A DNA stretch of 64,000 nucleotides from Obrimoposthia wandeli (taxonomy: Eukaryota): assembly GCA_977020255.1 (NCBI GenBank), contig CDROCS010000506.1:1364001-1428000 (forward strand). Reading direction: 5' to 3'. The first letter of the stretch is position 1; each line of letters opens with the position of its first letter. Shown in pieces: positions 31,999 through 42,095 of this stretch. The translations under genes were made by a program, and so were the position numbers. A model generated the notes under the pieces. That model was not told the DNA's origin, searched no databases, and worked only from the letters and a program-made list of their open reading frames with translations.

Positions 31999-33177
31999 AT
32001 GACCCAACTCGCTGAGACTTTATTTAGTAATACCCCGCCAATAGCATGGCCACAATTGTTAACTTTGCAAAGCTCTATACACAGTTCTGTAAATAGTACA
32101 AAAATAAACCAAGTCACATACAACCAAGGCCAATTTAATATTTCGGCGCAAGCACAGCAAGTAATGAACACTGATAGTAGCCATTATCTCACCTTAATAG
32201 GCACGACTATAACCAGTGATGCTTTACTCAATTTATTGTCTACATTAAGTTCATTGCAAGTATCTGCGCAGATTAGCGGTAATATTATTGTTTACCCACC
32301 AGCGCATTATCCATTACAGCTAACGACGGTCGATAGCCACGCTGTAACAAACAACAGCAACGCTGTAGCAAATAATACCAGTGCTACCCAAGGCGATATT
32401 GTGGTACTCGGCTTTACTGCATTAACAGACACACTCCAGCAACAGTTTAAAAATACCTTAGCGAGCTGGAGCAATGATTACCAGATTGATTATGCACTCA
32501 GTCAAACACTGCCAAGCTTAAGTCAGCCCGGTGTGGTATTAATGGATATGGATTCAACCACGATCCAGATTGAATGTATCGATGAAATAGCCAAGCTAGC
32601 CGGTGTAGGCGAGCAAGTCGCAGCCGTAACAGCGCAAGCGATGAATGGCGAATTAGATTTTTCCGAAAGCCTACGTTCACGCGTAGCGACATTGACCAAC
32701 TGCCCAGAATCGGTATTAACTCAAGTAGCGGATGCTATGCCCCTGATGCCTGGGTTAGAATTATTGATTGCAACCTTGCATCAAGCCAATTGGAAAGTAG
32801 CTATCGCCTCTGGCGGTTTTACTTATTTTGCCGACCGCTTACAAGCCGACCTTGGTTTTGATGCCGTTTATGCCAATGAACTGGAAATAATCGATGGCAC
32901 CTTAACGGGTAAAGTCATTGGCGGTATTGTTGATGCACAAGTCAAAGCAGATACCTTGCAAGCACTAGCACGACAATATCAAATAGCCCCACAACAAACG
33001 GTAGCGATTGGTGATGGCGCGAATGATTTGATCATGCTAAAAGCGGCAGCATTAGGCGTAGCAATACATGCTAAACCAATTGTTCAGCAGCAAGCGCAAG
33101 TGGCATTGAATCATCACGATCTGGAAGGTTTGGTCGGGTTGTTACAAGCAGCAAACTGTGTAGGCGCAAGCTGGTAA
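31999..33177 (+). CDS. serB: Phosphoserine phosphatase
   Basis: DMDST HAD motif I, IECIDEIA, ASGGF, GDGANDL. Confidence 0.95.
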   Translation: MTQLAETLFSNTPPIAWPQLLTLQSSIHSSVNSTKINQVTYNQGQFNISAQAQQVMNTDSSHYLTLIGTTITSDALLNLLSTLSSLQVSAQISGNIIVYPPAHYPLQLTTVDSHAVTNNSNAVANNTSATQGDIVVLGFTALTDTLQQQFKNTLASWSNDYQIDYALSQTLPSLSQPGVVLMDMDSTTIQIECIDEIAKLAGVGEQVAAVTAQAMNGELDFSESLRSRVATLTNCPESVLTQVADAMPLMPGLELLIATLHQANWKVAIASGGFTYFADRLQADLGFDAVYANELEIIDGTLTGKVIGGIVDAQVKADTLQALARQYQIAPQQTVAIGDGANDLIMLKAAALGVAIHAKPIVQQQAQVALNHHDLEGLVGLLQAANCVGASW

Positions 33178-33189
33178 TAATAGCAAGAG

Positions 33190-33234
33190 CAACATCGACA
33201 CCTAAATAGAACATTAAGCAAGGCATCGATGTTG
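33190..33234. terminator. Probable bidirectional terminator between convergent serB and the PilZ gene
   Basis: CAACATCGA...TCGATGTTG inverted repeat. Confidence 0.5.
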
Positions 33235-33245
33235 TTTATAGCGCA

Positions 33246-35618
33246 TTAATTCGTGCGTCGTAACCCCAATCGATACAAGAGTTCTTCAGACACATCAATC
33301 AAGTCAACAACACCGCGGACGCGCCACAGTTCATCTTCCAGTTTCTGCGCCCTGTGCATGGCATAATGACTGACGTAATTCAGTTCTTTTTCGATGAACT
33401 CCATATCAGGTCTGCCAGTGCGCGAGAGCATCACTTGCACGGCAAAAAATGCCCCTTTTTGTAAACTATGGCTAATAAATTGGCGGCGTTCATGTTCATC
33501 ACTAAAATCTTTCTCAAATTTACTTATCACTGTGGAATCACTTGCAGCGATGGTAATATAAAGCACTTGCTGCCAAGGACGATAAGTAGACTGTAAGCCC
33601 TCTAATGCGTCATCAAGTTCCTGCTTAATAGCTTTATCACCCAACAGAGGGTAAAGGTTATAAGGTGTTTCAGCTTGGCCAAAGAATTCAAATAAGGGTA
33701 ATAAGCTGTTCTCATTTTGGCTAATACCGATCCTATCGATCTGGTAGCTGGTATTTACCTTATGGATATACAAAGGTAGCGTCGATAAATGATGGCAATA
33801 CATATTGCGTAATGCGGCGGTAACACCTGGTGATTGGCTTGGCTCAGGCATACTCTTTAACTTATCTTTATTACTGCTAATTAATAAATTGAAAAACTTA
33901 CAACCAATATGACTTTCTTTATCCCCTGCAATCTGCAGATGTAACACTGTTTTCGCCTTATTACACCCCACTACACTGTAAGGTAGGTTGGCCAATGCTA
34001 CTTTTTTCGATAATTTTTGCAGCATAGGTAATTCAAGATAAATACGTTGCCCTATCTGTACATTCATTGCGGTTTCTAATTCAATTTGTAAACCTTCAGT
34101 AGAGAAATCATTACTCCAACCTTTAACACTCTGCTCGGTATCATTGGCAACAATGGCCGTTTTATAACTGAATCGGCTTTCTTTACGTAATTGCACATAC
34201 TTAAACTGACTTAATTGCGCGCTTTGTTCGGCAATAGGTAAGCGATATTGGTGTAACTGATTAAAGTCACTGCCCTGCTGCGCATACGCTTTATAATCAT
34301 TTAATACGTTTTCATTGGTGATGTCTTGCAGTAACCCCACCCAGCGAATATCTTGTAATGCCGCAAGGGCGTGCGAGCCAAGCGCTTGATGTTGGCTTTC
34401 CACTTCTAATAAATGTTTCTTTTCATCAAATACAGTCGGGTTCAATGACAGTTTAAATACCCGAAAATTAGGACGCTGACAGGCAAACGCTAAAAATAGG
34501 GCTTTAGAGCCAGATTTAGCCAAACTAAGTGCATCGGCGGCATAAAAGTAAATATGGCCATTCTGAGTATAATAAAAGCTGTAAATAGTCGTTTCAATGC
34601 GTTCATTACCTTGTAACAAGGTTTGCATCCAAGGGCTTTGCCAACAGGCTTCTAACTGACTTTTCGATTCTTCATTGACCCAATAGTCATAAACACCACG
34701 ATTATTTTCATTTAATAATAAATGACTCAATACCGGCTTATCAGCATTCGATACATACAGGGGTAAACCAGACATACGCGGTAAGAAGAATTGTTCGTAA
34801 CCCTTAACAACCACATTCTCTTCCTGAAAACGCACATTAACTTTGTATTTACTCTTGTTCTGCGTGATCAAGGTCGTGATAAAGGTGTCTAATTCTATAC
34901 TGTCATCAATCCGCATCAAACGTAGATAATCAAACTTCTCTTCTTCATCAATACCCATAAGCTTGTAAGCAAAGAAGTCGCGCAGTAAATGATTGGCATA
35001 TTCTTGGCGTAAACTGGAAAAATTCACATTAACAAGGCTGCCGACGGCGATGTCACTGTCTTTATGTACTTTAACTTTAATGCCGCTGGTTGATATATCC
35101 GACGTCATGGCATCAATAAGGCGTTCACCGATACGCATTTTTACCCCAGAGCTGTAATGCATACGCTCTTCGTTACGGATAAAATAAGATGCATACTGTA
35201 CTGGCTCAACAGCAAAATCAGCGGCAGGATCCAGCACAACAACATCACGTTCAGCGACGGATTTACCGCGTTCACTGACTTGGTAAGCTTGGACTTCTTC
35301 GTAAACGCCAAGCGTGTAATGACCTTGGCGTTCTACCAACAGGGTTTCTAATAATTTAATCGCGGTCGGCATCATATGATGCAAGATGCCATCGTACTCA
35401 TATGGGATCACCCCACTATTGGTACGCTGGCGAAAATCAAGAATACGGCGTGTCGGCGTAGAAAGACGCTTGACCTCCATCTTGATTAAAAATCGGGTAC
35501 TCTTGCTTTCACCTTCCGTCAGCTGTTCGAATAAGCGATTAAAGTCAGGCTCGTAGTACAAGATTGTTAATTTTTTAATTACGTCGGCGTAATTAGATAA
35601 ATCCATGTTGGCGTTCAC
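33246..35618 (-). CDS. Tandem PilZ-domain protein
   Basis: Two RxxxR/DxSxxG pairs (RNEER...DISTSG; RKESR...DFSTEG). Confidence 0.82.
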   Translation of the reverse strand: MNANMDLSNYADVIKKLTILYYEPDFNRLFEQLTEGESKSTRFLIKMEVKRLSTPTRRILDFRQRTNSGVIPYEYDGILHHMMPTAIKLLETLLVERQGHYTLGVYEEVQAYQVSERGKSVAERDVVVLDPAADFAVEPVQYASYFIRNEERMHYSSGVKMRIGERLIDAMTSDISTSGIKVKVHKDSDIAVGSLVNVNFSSLRQEYANHLLRDFFAYKLMGIDEEEKFDYLRLMRIDDSIELDTFITTLITQNKSKYKVNVRFQEENVVVKGYEQFFLPRMSGLPLYVSNADKPVLSHLLLNENNRGVYDYWVNEESKSQLEACWQSPWMQTLLQGNERIETTIYSFYYTQNGHIYFYAADALSLAKSGSKALFLAFACQRPNFRVFKLSLNPTVFDEKKHLLEVESQHQALGSHALAALQDIRWVGLLQDITNENVLNDYKAYAQQGSDFNQLHQYRLPIAEQSAQLSQFKYVQLRKESRFSYKTAIVANDTEQSVKGWSNDFSTEGLQIELETAMNVQIGQRIYLELPMLQKLSKKVALANLPYSVVGCNKAKTVLHLQIAGDKESHIGCKFFNLLISSNKDKLKSMPEPSQSPGVTAALRNMYCHHLSTLPLYIHKVNTSYQIDRIGISQNENSLLPLFEFFGQAETPYNLYPLLGDKAIKQELDDALEGLQSTYRPWQQVLYITIAASDSTVISKFEKDFSDEHERRQFISHSLQKGAFFAVQVMLSRTGRPDMEFIEKELNYVSHYAMHRAQKLEDELWRVRGVVDLIDVSEELLYRLGLRRTN

Positions 35619-35885
35619 TGCTTAAGTTTGAAAATGAATAAACGGTTACGATTAGCTAAAGCGCTATTACAGTTAAGTACTATTACGCTTAAACATAATA
35701 CTACTAAATATCTACAATATACCTACAAATACCGTCAATAAATCACTAATAACCTTAAGCTAAGCAAAATAAATGCCATTTAACAAAGTATTTTATTTAT
35801 TTTTAAATGATGATCACTTTTTATCGCTTATCGACTTATCAGCTCCGGTTAATAGCTAATTTTCCTCTGGTCCTAAATAGAAAGT

Positions 35886-35918
35886 AAAAAGCCCGTAATA
35901 TCACTATCACAGGCTTTT
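35886..35918 (-). terminator. Probable ettA terminator
   Basis: AAAAAGCC...GGCTTTT imperfect hairpin 60 nt past the stop. Confidence 0.5.
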
Positions 35919-35977
35919 AATCTTAATTAATCATTGTTGTTATGCCAGACATACTGACAACAACTGCTGACAACGTA

Positions 35978-37648
35978 TTAGCTAATACGTTTGTACTTAA
36001 TACGATGTGGTTGCGTCGCTTCTGCGCCTAAGGTTTTCTTCAACCAACCTTCGTAATCCGTGTAGTTACCTTCATAGAAGTTAACTTTACCTTCATCACG
36101 GTAATCCAGGATATGCGTCGCAATACGATCAAGGAACCAACGGTCATGAGAAATAACCATGGCACAACCAGGGAACTCTAGAATTGCTTCTTCAAGTGCA
36201 CGTAGTGTCTCGATATCCAAGTCATTGGTTGGCTCATCCAGTAGGATAACGTTGCCGCCAGACTGTAGTAATTTCGCAAGGTGTAAACGACCACGCTCAC
36301 CACCAGACAATTGACCAACACGTTTTTGCTGATCTGTGCCTTTGAAGTTAAAGCGGCTGCAATAAGCACGTGATGACATTTCAGTATTACCGACTTTGAT
36401 CGTATCTAAGCCGTCTGACAATTCTTGCCATACTGTGTTTTCGCCATTCATGTGATCACGGAACTGATCAACACTTGCTAACTGCACTGATGCACCAACT
36501 GAAACAGTACCTGAATCTGGAGACTCAGTACCATCTAGCATTTTGAATAGGGTTGATTTACCTGCACCATTGGGACCGATAATACCAACGATAGCGCCTT
36601 TTGGCATAGAGAATGATAGATCGTCAATTAATACACGACCGTCATACGCTTTACCTAGATGTTCAACGTCAATAACTTTGTCACCTAAACGCTCACCCGG
36701 TGGGATGAACAGTTCATTGGTTTCGTTACGACGTTGATAATCAGATTGGTTAAGCTCTTCAAAACGCGCCATACGTGCTTTGCTTTTCGCTTGACGACCT
36801 TTTGGATTTGAACGAACCCATTCAAGTTCTTTCTCAATCGATTTTTTACGTGCGCTTTCTTGCGACGATTCTTGCGCTAGACGCTCATCTTTCTGCTCTA
36901 ACCAAGAAGAGTAGTTACCTTCCCATGGAATACCTTCACCACGGTCAAGCTCTAAGATCCAACCGGCTACGTTATCAAGGAAATATCTATCATGCGTAAT
37001 CGCAACAACAGTACCTTCATAATCAAGTAGGAAACGTTCTAACCAAGCTACAGATTCAGCATCCAAATGGTTGGTTGGTTCATCTAGTAATAACATGTCT
37101 GGTTTTTCAAGTAACAGACGACAGATAGCAACACGACGACGTTCACCACCCGATAGGAGTTTAATTTTCTTGTCCCATTCAGGTAAACGTAATGCATCTG
37201 CAGCACGTTCTAGTTGGTTTTCGATGTTGTGACCATCGTGTGCTTGAATAATAGCTTCAAACTTTTCTTGTTTCTTCGCAAGCTTGTCAAAATCTGCATC
37301 CGGTTCAGCGTAATCAGCATAAACTTGATCAAGACCTGCCATTGCTTCTTTTAGTTCTGAAATGGCTTCTTCAACAACTTCACGTACTGTCTTTTCTAGA
37401 TCCAGTACTGGTTCTTGCGGTAAGTAACCAATTTTAGTGCCCGCTAATGGACGCGCTTCACCTTCGAAGTCTTTATCAACACCAGCCATGATACGTAGTA
37501 AGCTTGATTTACCAGAACCATTTAGACCCAGTACGCCAATCTTAGCACCAGGGTAAAAACTAAGTGAAATGTCTTTAAGAATTTGACGCTTCGGTGGCAC
37601 GATTTTGCCAACACGATGCATCGAATAGATAAACTGAGGACCAGCCAT
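35978..37648 (-). CDS. ettA: ABC-F energy-dependent translational throttle protein
   Basis: QFIYSMHRVGKIVPPKRQILKDISLSFYPGAKIG, two ABC domains, WLEQKDERL linker. Start set at ATG 37648. Confidence 0.97.
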   Translation of the reverse strand: MAGPQFIYSMHRVGKIVPPKRQILKDISLSFYPGAKIGVLGLNGSGKSSLLRIMAGVDKDFEGEARPLAGTKIGYLPQEPVLDLEKTVREVVEEAISELKEAMAGLDQVYADYAEPDADFDKLAKKQEKFEAIIQAHDGHNIENQLERAADALRLPEWDKKIKLLSGGERRRVAICRLLLEKPDMLLLDEPTNHLDAESVAWLERFLLDYEGTVVAITHDRYFLDNVAGWILELDRGEGIPWEGNYSSWLEQKDERLAQESSQESARKKSIEKELEWVRSNPKGRQAKSKARMARFEELNQSDYQRRNETNELFIPPGERLGDKVIDVEHLGKAYDGRVLIDDLSFSMPKGAIVGIIGPNGAGKSTLFKMLDGTESPDSGTVSVGASVQLASVDQFRDHMNGENTVWQELSDGLDTIKVGNTEMSSRAYCSRFNFKGTDQQKRVGQLSGGERGRLHLAKLLQSGGNVILLDEPTNDLDIETLRALEEAILEFPGCAMVISHDRWFLDRIATHILDYRDEGKVNFYEGNYTDYEGWLKKTLGAEATQPHRIKYKRIS

Positions 37649-37744
37649 TATGTTCTCTTTTCGCAAGGAATATGAATGTCGATAAGTGTAAACCTTGGCA
37701 GAGGTTGATACAAGGAAAAGAGCGAGCAGAACTAGACATAGAGC

Positions 37745-37881
37745 GACCCCACCCCAACCCTCCCCTCAAAAAAGGGAGGGAGCTAAAACAGCAACAAGCC
37801 AATTTGACCGCTACACTCAATTAGTAATGAAGTCTATCTCTGCTCCTCCCCTTAACTTTAGGGGGAGGCTGGGAGGGGGTC
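37745..37881. repeat. Bipartite palindromic repeat doublet, copy 5 (upstream of DUF559 gene)
   Basis: GACCCCACCCCAACCCTCCCCTCAAAAAAGGGAGGG...CCTCCCCTTAACTTTAGGGGGAGGCTGGGAGGGGGTC. Confidence 0.92.
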
Positions 37882-37918
37882 TGTCTAATCTTATTCGACC
37901 ATTACACGGAGGTAATAT

Positions 37919-38296
37919 TTGAGCACGAACATAAGAATCTACAATACCAACAAAAACACAAAATTACGCCAATCATTACGTTGCGATATGCCAGAAGCAG
38001 AGAAACAATTGTGGCAACGAATTCGTAAAAAACAGCTAGGGATGAAATTCCGTCGCCAACACGGTATCGGTAGATACATAGCGGATTTCTACTGTTCAGA
38101 ACATAAATTGGTTATCGAACTAGATGGTGATAGTCATGACTCTTTAGAAGCTCAGACTTATGATCAAGAAAGAAATATGTTCATGCAGGAAGTTGGGTTA
38201 GAGGTATTACGATTTACTAATAGAGAAGTGTTTAAAAATATTGAAGGTGTATTACAACAAATTGAAGATCAAGTAAAAAGAGCGACCCCACCCTAA
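37919..38296 (+). CDS. DUF559-family (Vsr-like) endonuclease-domain protein
   Basis: LR-x-x-M-x-x-AE-x-x-LW, FRRQHGIGRYIADF, VIELDGDSH, RN-x-FM-x-x-x-G-x-x-VLRF-x-N pattern; RBS GGAGGT just upstream of TTG start. Confidence 0.9.
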   Translation: MSTNIRIYNTNKNTKLRQSLRCDMPEAEKQLWQRIRKKQLGMKFRRQHGIGRYIADFYCSEHKLVIELDGDSHDSLEAQTYDQERNMFMQEVGLEVLRFTNREVFKNIEGVLQQIEDQVKRATPP

Positions 38297-38403
38297 CCCT
38301 CCCCTTCAAAAAGGGAGGGGACAGAGCCAAATGCAGACTGCACTTGTTTTCGTTCTTGCTCTTGCCCCTCCCCTTAACTTTAGGGGGAGGTTGGGAGGGG
38401 GTC
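38284..38403. repeat. Bipartite palindromic repeat doublet, copy 6 (overlaps DUF559 stop)
   Basis: GACCCCACCCTAACCCTCCCCTTCAAAAAGGGAGGGG-GCCAAATGCAGACTGCACTTG-CCTCCCCTTAACTTTAGGGGGAGGTTGGGAGGGGGTC; TAA at 38294-38296 lies inside the unit. Confidence 0.93.
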
Positions 38404-38435
38404 AGCTCTGCCCTAAGAGGGGTCTTTCTTAACTC

Positions 38436-39149
38436 TTAGTCTTTAATTAACACAGACTCTAATGCCATTACGATCATGTCATTGAACGTTAATTGACGTT
38501 CTTCTGCAGTCGTTACTTCACCCGTACGGATGTGATCAGATACAGTACAGATACAGATAGCATTTGCGCCGAATTCAGCTGCAACGCCGTATAGACCAGC
38601 CGCTTCCATTTCTACGCCTAGTACACCTAGTTTTTCCATCGTATCGAATAGTTCTGGTTTCGGTGTATAGAATAAATCTGCAGAGAAGATGTTACCTACT
38701 TTCGCATCGATACCACATGCTTTAGCAGCGCGTGTTACTTTGCTTAGTAGTTCCCATGATGCGATAGCAGCGAAATCATAACCGTCGAAACGTGCGCGGT
38801 TAACAGCTGAGTCTGTACATGCACCCATGCCGATCACAACGTCACGAACTTTAACGTCAGTGCTGATCGCGCCACAGCTACCAACACGGATAAGGTTTTT
38901 AACACCGTATTCAGTGATTAGCTCTTTTGCATAGATAGAACAAGATGGGATACCCATACCTGAACCCATTACAGAAACACGTGTACCTTTGTAAGTACCA
39001 GTGAAACCGAACATGTTACGCACGTCGTTCACTTGTTTAACGTCTTCTAAAAATGTTTCTGCGATGTATTTAGCGCGTAGCGGATCACCTGGGAATAGTA
39101 CCGTTTCAGCGAAATCACCTTGTTCTGCATTAATATGTGGAGTAGCCAT
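38436..39149 (-). CDS. deoD: Purine nucleoside phosphorylase
   Basis: [36 protein letters not shown]. Confidence 0.98.
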   Translation of the reverse strand: MATPHINAEQGDFAETVLFPGDPLRAKYIAETFLEDVKQVNDVRNMFGFTGTYKGTRVSVMGSGMGIPSCSIYAKELITEYGVKNLIRVGSCGAISTDVKVRDVVIGMGACTDSAVNRARFDGYDFAAIASWELLSKVTRAAKACGIDAKVGNIFSADLFYTPKPELFDTMEKLGVLGVEMEAAGLYGVAAEFGANAICICTVSDHIRTGEVTTAEERQLTFNDMIVMALESVLIKD

Positions 39150-39263
39150 TATATTGTTACCTTTTATGTTTTGATTATGCCCAGCATTCTGTAGCTGAGC
39201 ATGATTGTTTAGTATTTATTACGTACTATTTATTTAGTACTACTTATTTGGTAATGCGTGCTT

Positions 39264-40478
39264 TTATAAAAAGCTCGTACCGTATTCTAGTTTTGGCAAA
39301 CCATGGTAAGCCGCAATTGACTGACCAATGTCTGCAAACGTATCACGTAAACCTAATGGTCCTTTTGGCACATTGTGGCCATAAAAGATCACTGGAATAT
39401 GTTCACGGGTATGATCTGTGCCAGGTGCTGTTGGGTCACAACCATGATCGGCTGTTAACACCACAACATCACCTTCATCTAATATTGCTAGCAGCTCAGG
39501 TAAACGAGTATCGAAATACTCTAGTCCTTTCGCATAACCAGCAACATCACGACGATGACCCCATGAAGAATCAAAATCAACAAAGTTAGTGAATACGATC
39601 GTCTGATCACCCGCTTGTTTAACTTGTTCTAACGTCAGATCAAATAATGCTTCAAGACCTGTCGCTTTAACTTTCTTGGTAATACCTTGCTGTGCGTAGA
39701 TATCAGCAATTTTACCGACACTCACAACTTCACCGCCAGATTCCGCCATGCGATCTAATAATGTTGGTGCCGGTGGTAGCAGTGAATAATCACGACGGTT
39801 ACCAGTACGGGCAAAATCACTCTTATCATTACCGATAAATGGACGCGCAATAACACGACCAATATTGTACGGTTCTAATAATTCACGGGCTAATTCACAC
39901 AACTTCAACAAGCGCTCTAAACCAAAGCTTTCTTCGTGACAAGCAATTTGGAATACACTGTCTGCCGAGGTATAGAAAATTGGTTTGCCAGAAGCCATGT
40001 GCTCCTCGCCCATCAAGTCTAAGATCTCAGTACCAGAAGAATGGCAGTTACCTAAATAACCTGGTAAGTCTGCTTGTTCTACTAGTTGATCCAATAATTC
40101 TTGTGGGAAGCTGTTTTCCAGATCAGAGAAATAACCCCAATCAAACAGTACTGGTACGCCAGCAATTTCCCAATGCCCACTCGGAGTATCTTTACCCGTT
40201 GATAGCTCTTGAGCATAACCGTATGCGCCAATCACTTCAGCATTTGCATCCAAGCCAGCAGGGAACGAACCCACGCTGTCAGCACATGCATGCGCAAGAC
40301 CAAGTTTTGTTAAGTTAGGAATATGCAGCGGGCCTTCACGACCTATATCTGCTTTACCTTCAGCACACCACTGGGCGATATGCCCGAAAGTATTGCTGCC
40401 TACATCACCAAATTTATCCGCATCGGCCGAAGCACCAATGCCCAATGAATCCAACATTAATATAATTGTACGTTTCAT
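39264..40478 (-). CDS. deoB: Phosphopentomutase
   Basis: [38 protein letters not shown]. Confidence 0.98.
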   Translation of the reverse strand: MKRTIILMLDSLGIGASADADKFGDVGSNTFGHIAQWCAEGKADIGREGPLHIPNLTKLGLAHACADSVGSFPAGLDANAEVIGAYGYAQELSTGKDTPSGHWEIAGVPVLFDWGYFSDLENSFPQELLDQLVEQADLPGYLGNCHSSGTEILDLMGEEHMASGKPIFYTSADSVFQIACHEESFGLERLLKLCELARELLEPYNIGRVIARPFIGNDKSDFARTGNRRDYSLLPPAPTLLDRMAESGGEVVSVGKIADIYAQQGITKKVKATGLEALFDLTLEQVKQAGDQTIVFTNFVDFDSSWGHRRDVAGYAKGLEYFDTRLPELLAILDEGDVVVLTADHGCDPTAPGTDHTREHIPVIFYGHNVPKGPLGLRDTFADIGQSIAAYHGLPKLEYGTSFL

Positions 40479-40574
40479 AATTCTGACCTATTTTTTTAAT
40501 TCTATTTATCGATGTCTATTATTTATAGTAAAATTGTTAAGTAAAAATGACTAAGTAAAAAACACTACTAAACA

Positions 40575-41906
40575 TTAGACATCAGAAAGTCGAATTTGTT
40601 GATAAACATCTGCGCTTGCTGCAGGTTGCGTATCGCCGATATGAATTGATTTCAAGATCTCAGCTTGTGCAGCATCAAACTGTGCTTCACTACGCGCATG
40701 TACCATTGCCACTGGTGTGTGTGCATCTAATTTCTGACCTAGTGCGGCAATATCAGATAAACCAACGGCATAATCAATTTGGTCGGTAGCAACACGACGA
40801 CCACCGCCCATAGCTACAACAGCCATACCAAAACCACGGGTATCCATTGTAGTCAAGAAACCTGTTTGCGTAGCAAATACCGGACGAATTATGTCTGTTT
40901 TTGGTAAGTGTAGGTCATAGTTGTCAACAAAATCTGCTGGACCGCCTAAACCTGTCACCATAATGCCAAACAATTCAGCTGCTTTACCGTTATCTAATAC
41001 GGCTTGTAATTTATTTCGTGCATCATCAACATCAGTCGCTAAGTTTGCCGATACTAACATTTCTACACATAACGCCATCGTCACTGCAAGTAAACGTGGG
41101 TTACGGTATTCACCTGTTAAGAAACGCACTGCTTCACGCACTTCTACTGCATTACCCGCACTGCTGGCTAATACTTGGTTCATATCAGTAATCAGTGCCG
41201 ATGTTTTACAGCCTGCGCCATTAGCAACAGACACAATGCTTTTAGCCAGTTCAACAGATTGTTCATGGGTTGGCATAAATGCACCACTACCCGATTTAAC
41301 ATCCATTACTAACGCATCAAGACCAGCGGCTAATTTTTTCGATAAGATAGAAGCTGTGATCAGTGAAATAGATTCAACTGTCGCAGTAATATCACGAACG
41401 CCATAAAAGCGTTTATCAGCAGGTGCTAGATTTGCAGATTGACCAACAATAGCTACACCGCTGTCTTTAACCACTTGACGGAATTGCGCATTATCAACTG
41501 TCGTTTGGTAACCCGGAATAGCATCAAGTTTATCTAATGTACCACCAGTATGACCCAAGCCGCGGCCAGAGATCATCGGTACAAAACCACCACATGCAGC
41601 AACCATAGGACCAAGCATCAGTGAAATAACATCACCAACACCACCGGTTGAATGTTTATCAACGATAGGACCATTGAGTTGCATCGCATCCCAATTTAGG
41701 ACATCACCCGAATCACGCATCGCCGTTGTGATCGCAATACGTTCAGGCATGGTCATATCATTAAAATACGTAGCCATTGCAAAGGCAGCAATTTGGCCTT
41801 CCGAAATGCTGTTATCAGCAATACCATTAACAAAATATTCTATTTCAGCACGACTTAATTCTTCACCATTACGTTTACGGCGAATGATTTCTTGCGGTAT
41901 AAACAT
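40575..41906 (-). CDS. deoA: Thymidine phosphorylase
   Basis: [39 protein letters not shown]. Confidence 0.98.
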   Translation of the reverse strand: MFIPQEIIRRKRNGEELSRAEIEYFVNGIADNSISEGQIAAFAMATYFNDMTMPERIAITTAMRDSGDVLNWDAMQLNGPIVDKHSTGGVGDVISLMLGPMVAACGGFVPMISGRGLGHTGGTLDKLDAIPGYQTTVDNAQFRQVVKDSGVAIVGQSANLAPADKRFYGVRDITATVESISLITASILSKKLAAGLDALVMDVKSGSGAFMPTHEQSVELAKSIVSVANGAGCKTSALITDMNQVLASSAGNAVEVREAVRFLTGEYRNPRLLAVTMALCVEMLVSANLATDVDDARNKLQAVLDNGKAAELFGIMVTGLGGPADFVDNYDLHLPKTDIIRPVFATQTGFLTTMDTRGFGMAVVAMGGGRRVATDQIDYAVGLSDIAALGQKLDAHTPVAMVHARSEAQFDAAQAEILKSIHIGDTQPAASADVYQQIRLSDV

Positions 41907-42095
41907 AATCATCTACTCCTTGAATCAGAAAAGCGACGCCTTAAAACGGGAGCGCTTCGTTTAAATACAGAAAATAAGGATCGAATAAGCACATATCGGA
42001 TTGATTAAGTCTGTTGTTATGATCAACATACAACCTAATCAATACTAAATATTTTGTTTGTGGATATTGCTCTATCGAACCAGAGAGTTAGATAA

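Noticed and set aside
37695-37922. 75-aa ORF reading through repeat copy 5 and overlapping the DUF559 start (TTGA)
   Set aside because: Mostly repeat-derived translation (RATPP, PPLNFRGRLGGG) with a TTG start and no clear RBS; probably spurious, though a coupled leader cannot be excluded without ribosome profiling.
25042-38403. Repeats with variable spacers near a nuclease as a CRISPR array
   Set aside because: Units are inverted pairs dispersed over separate intergenic gaps, not regularly spaced direct repeats, and no cas genes are present.
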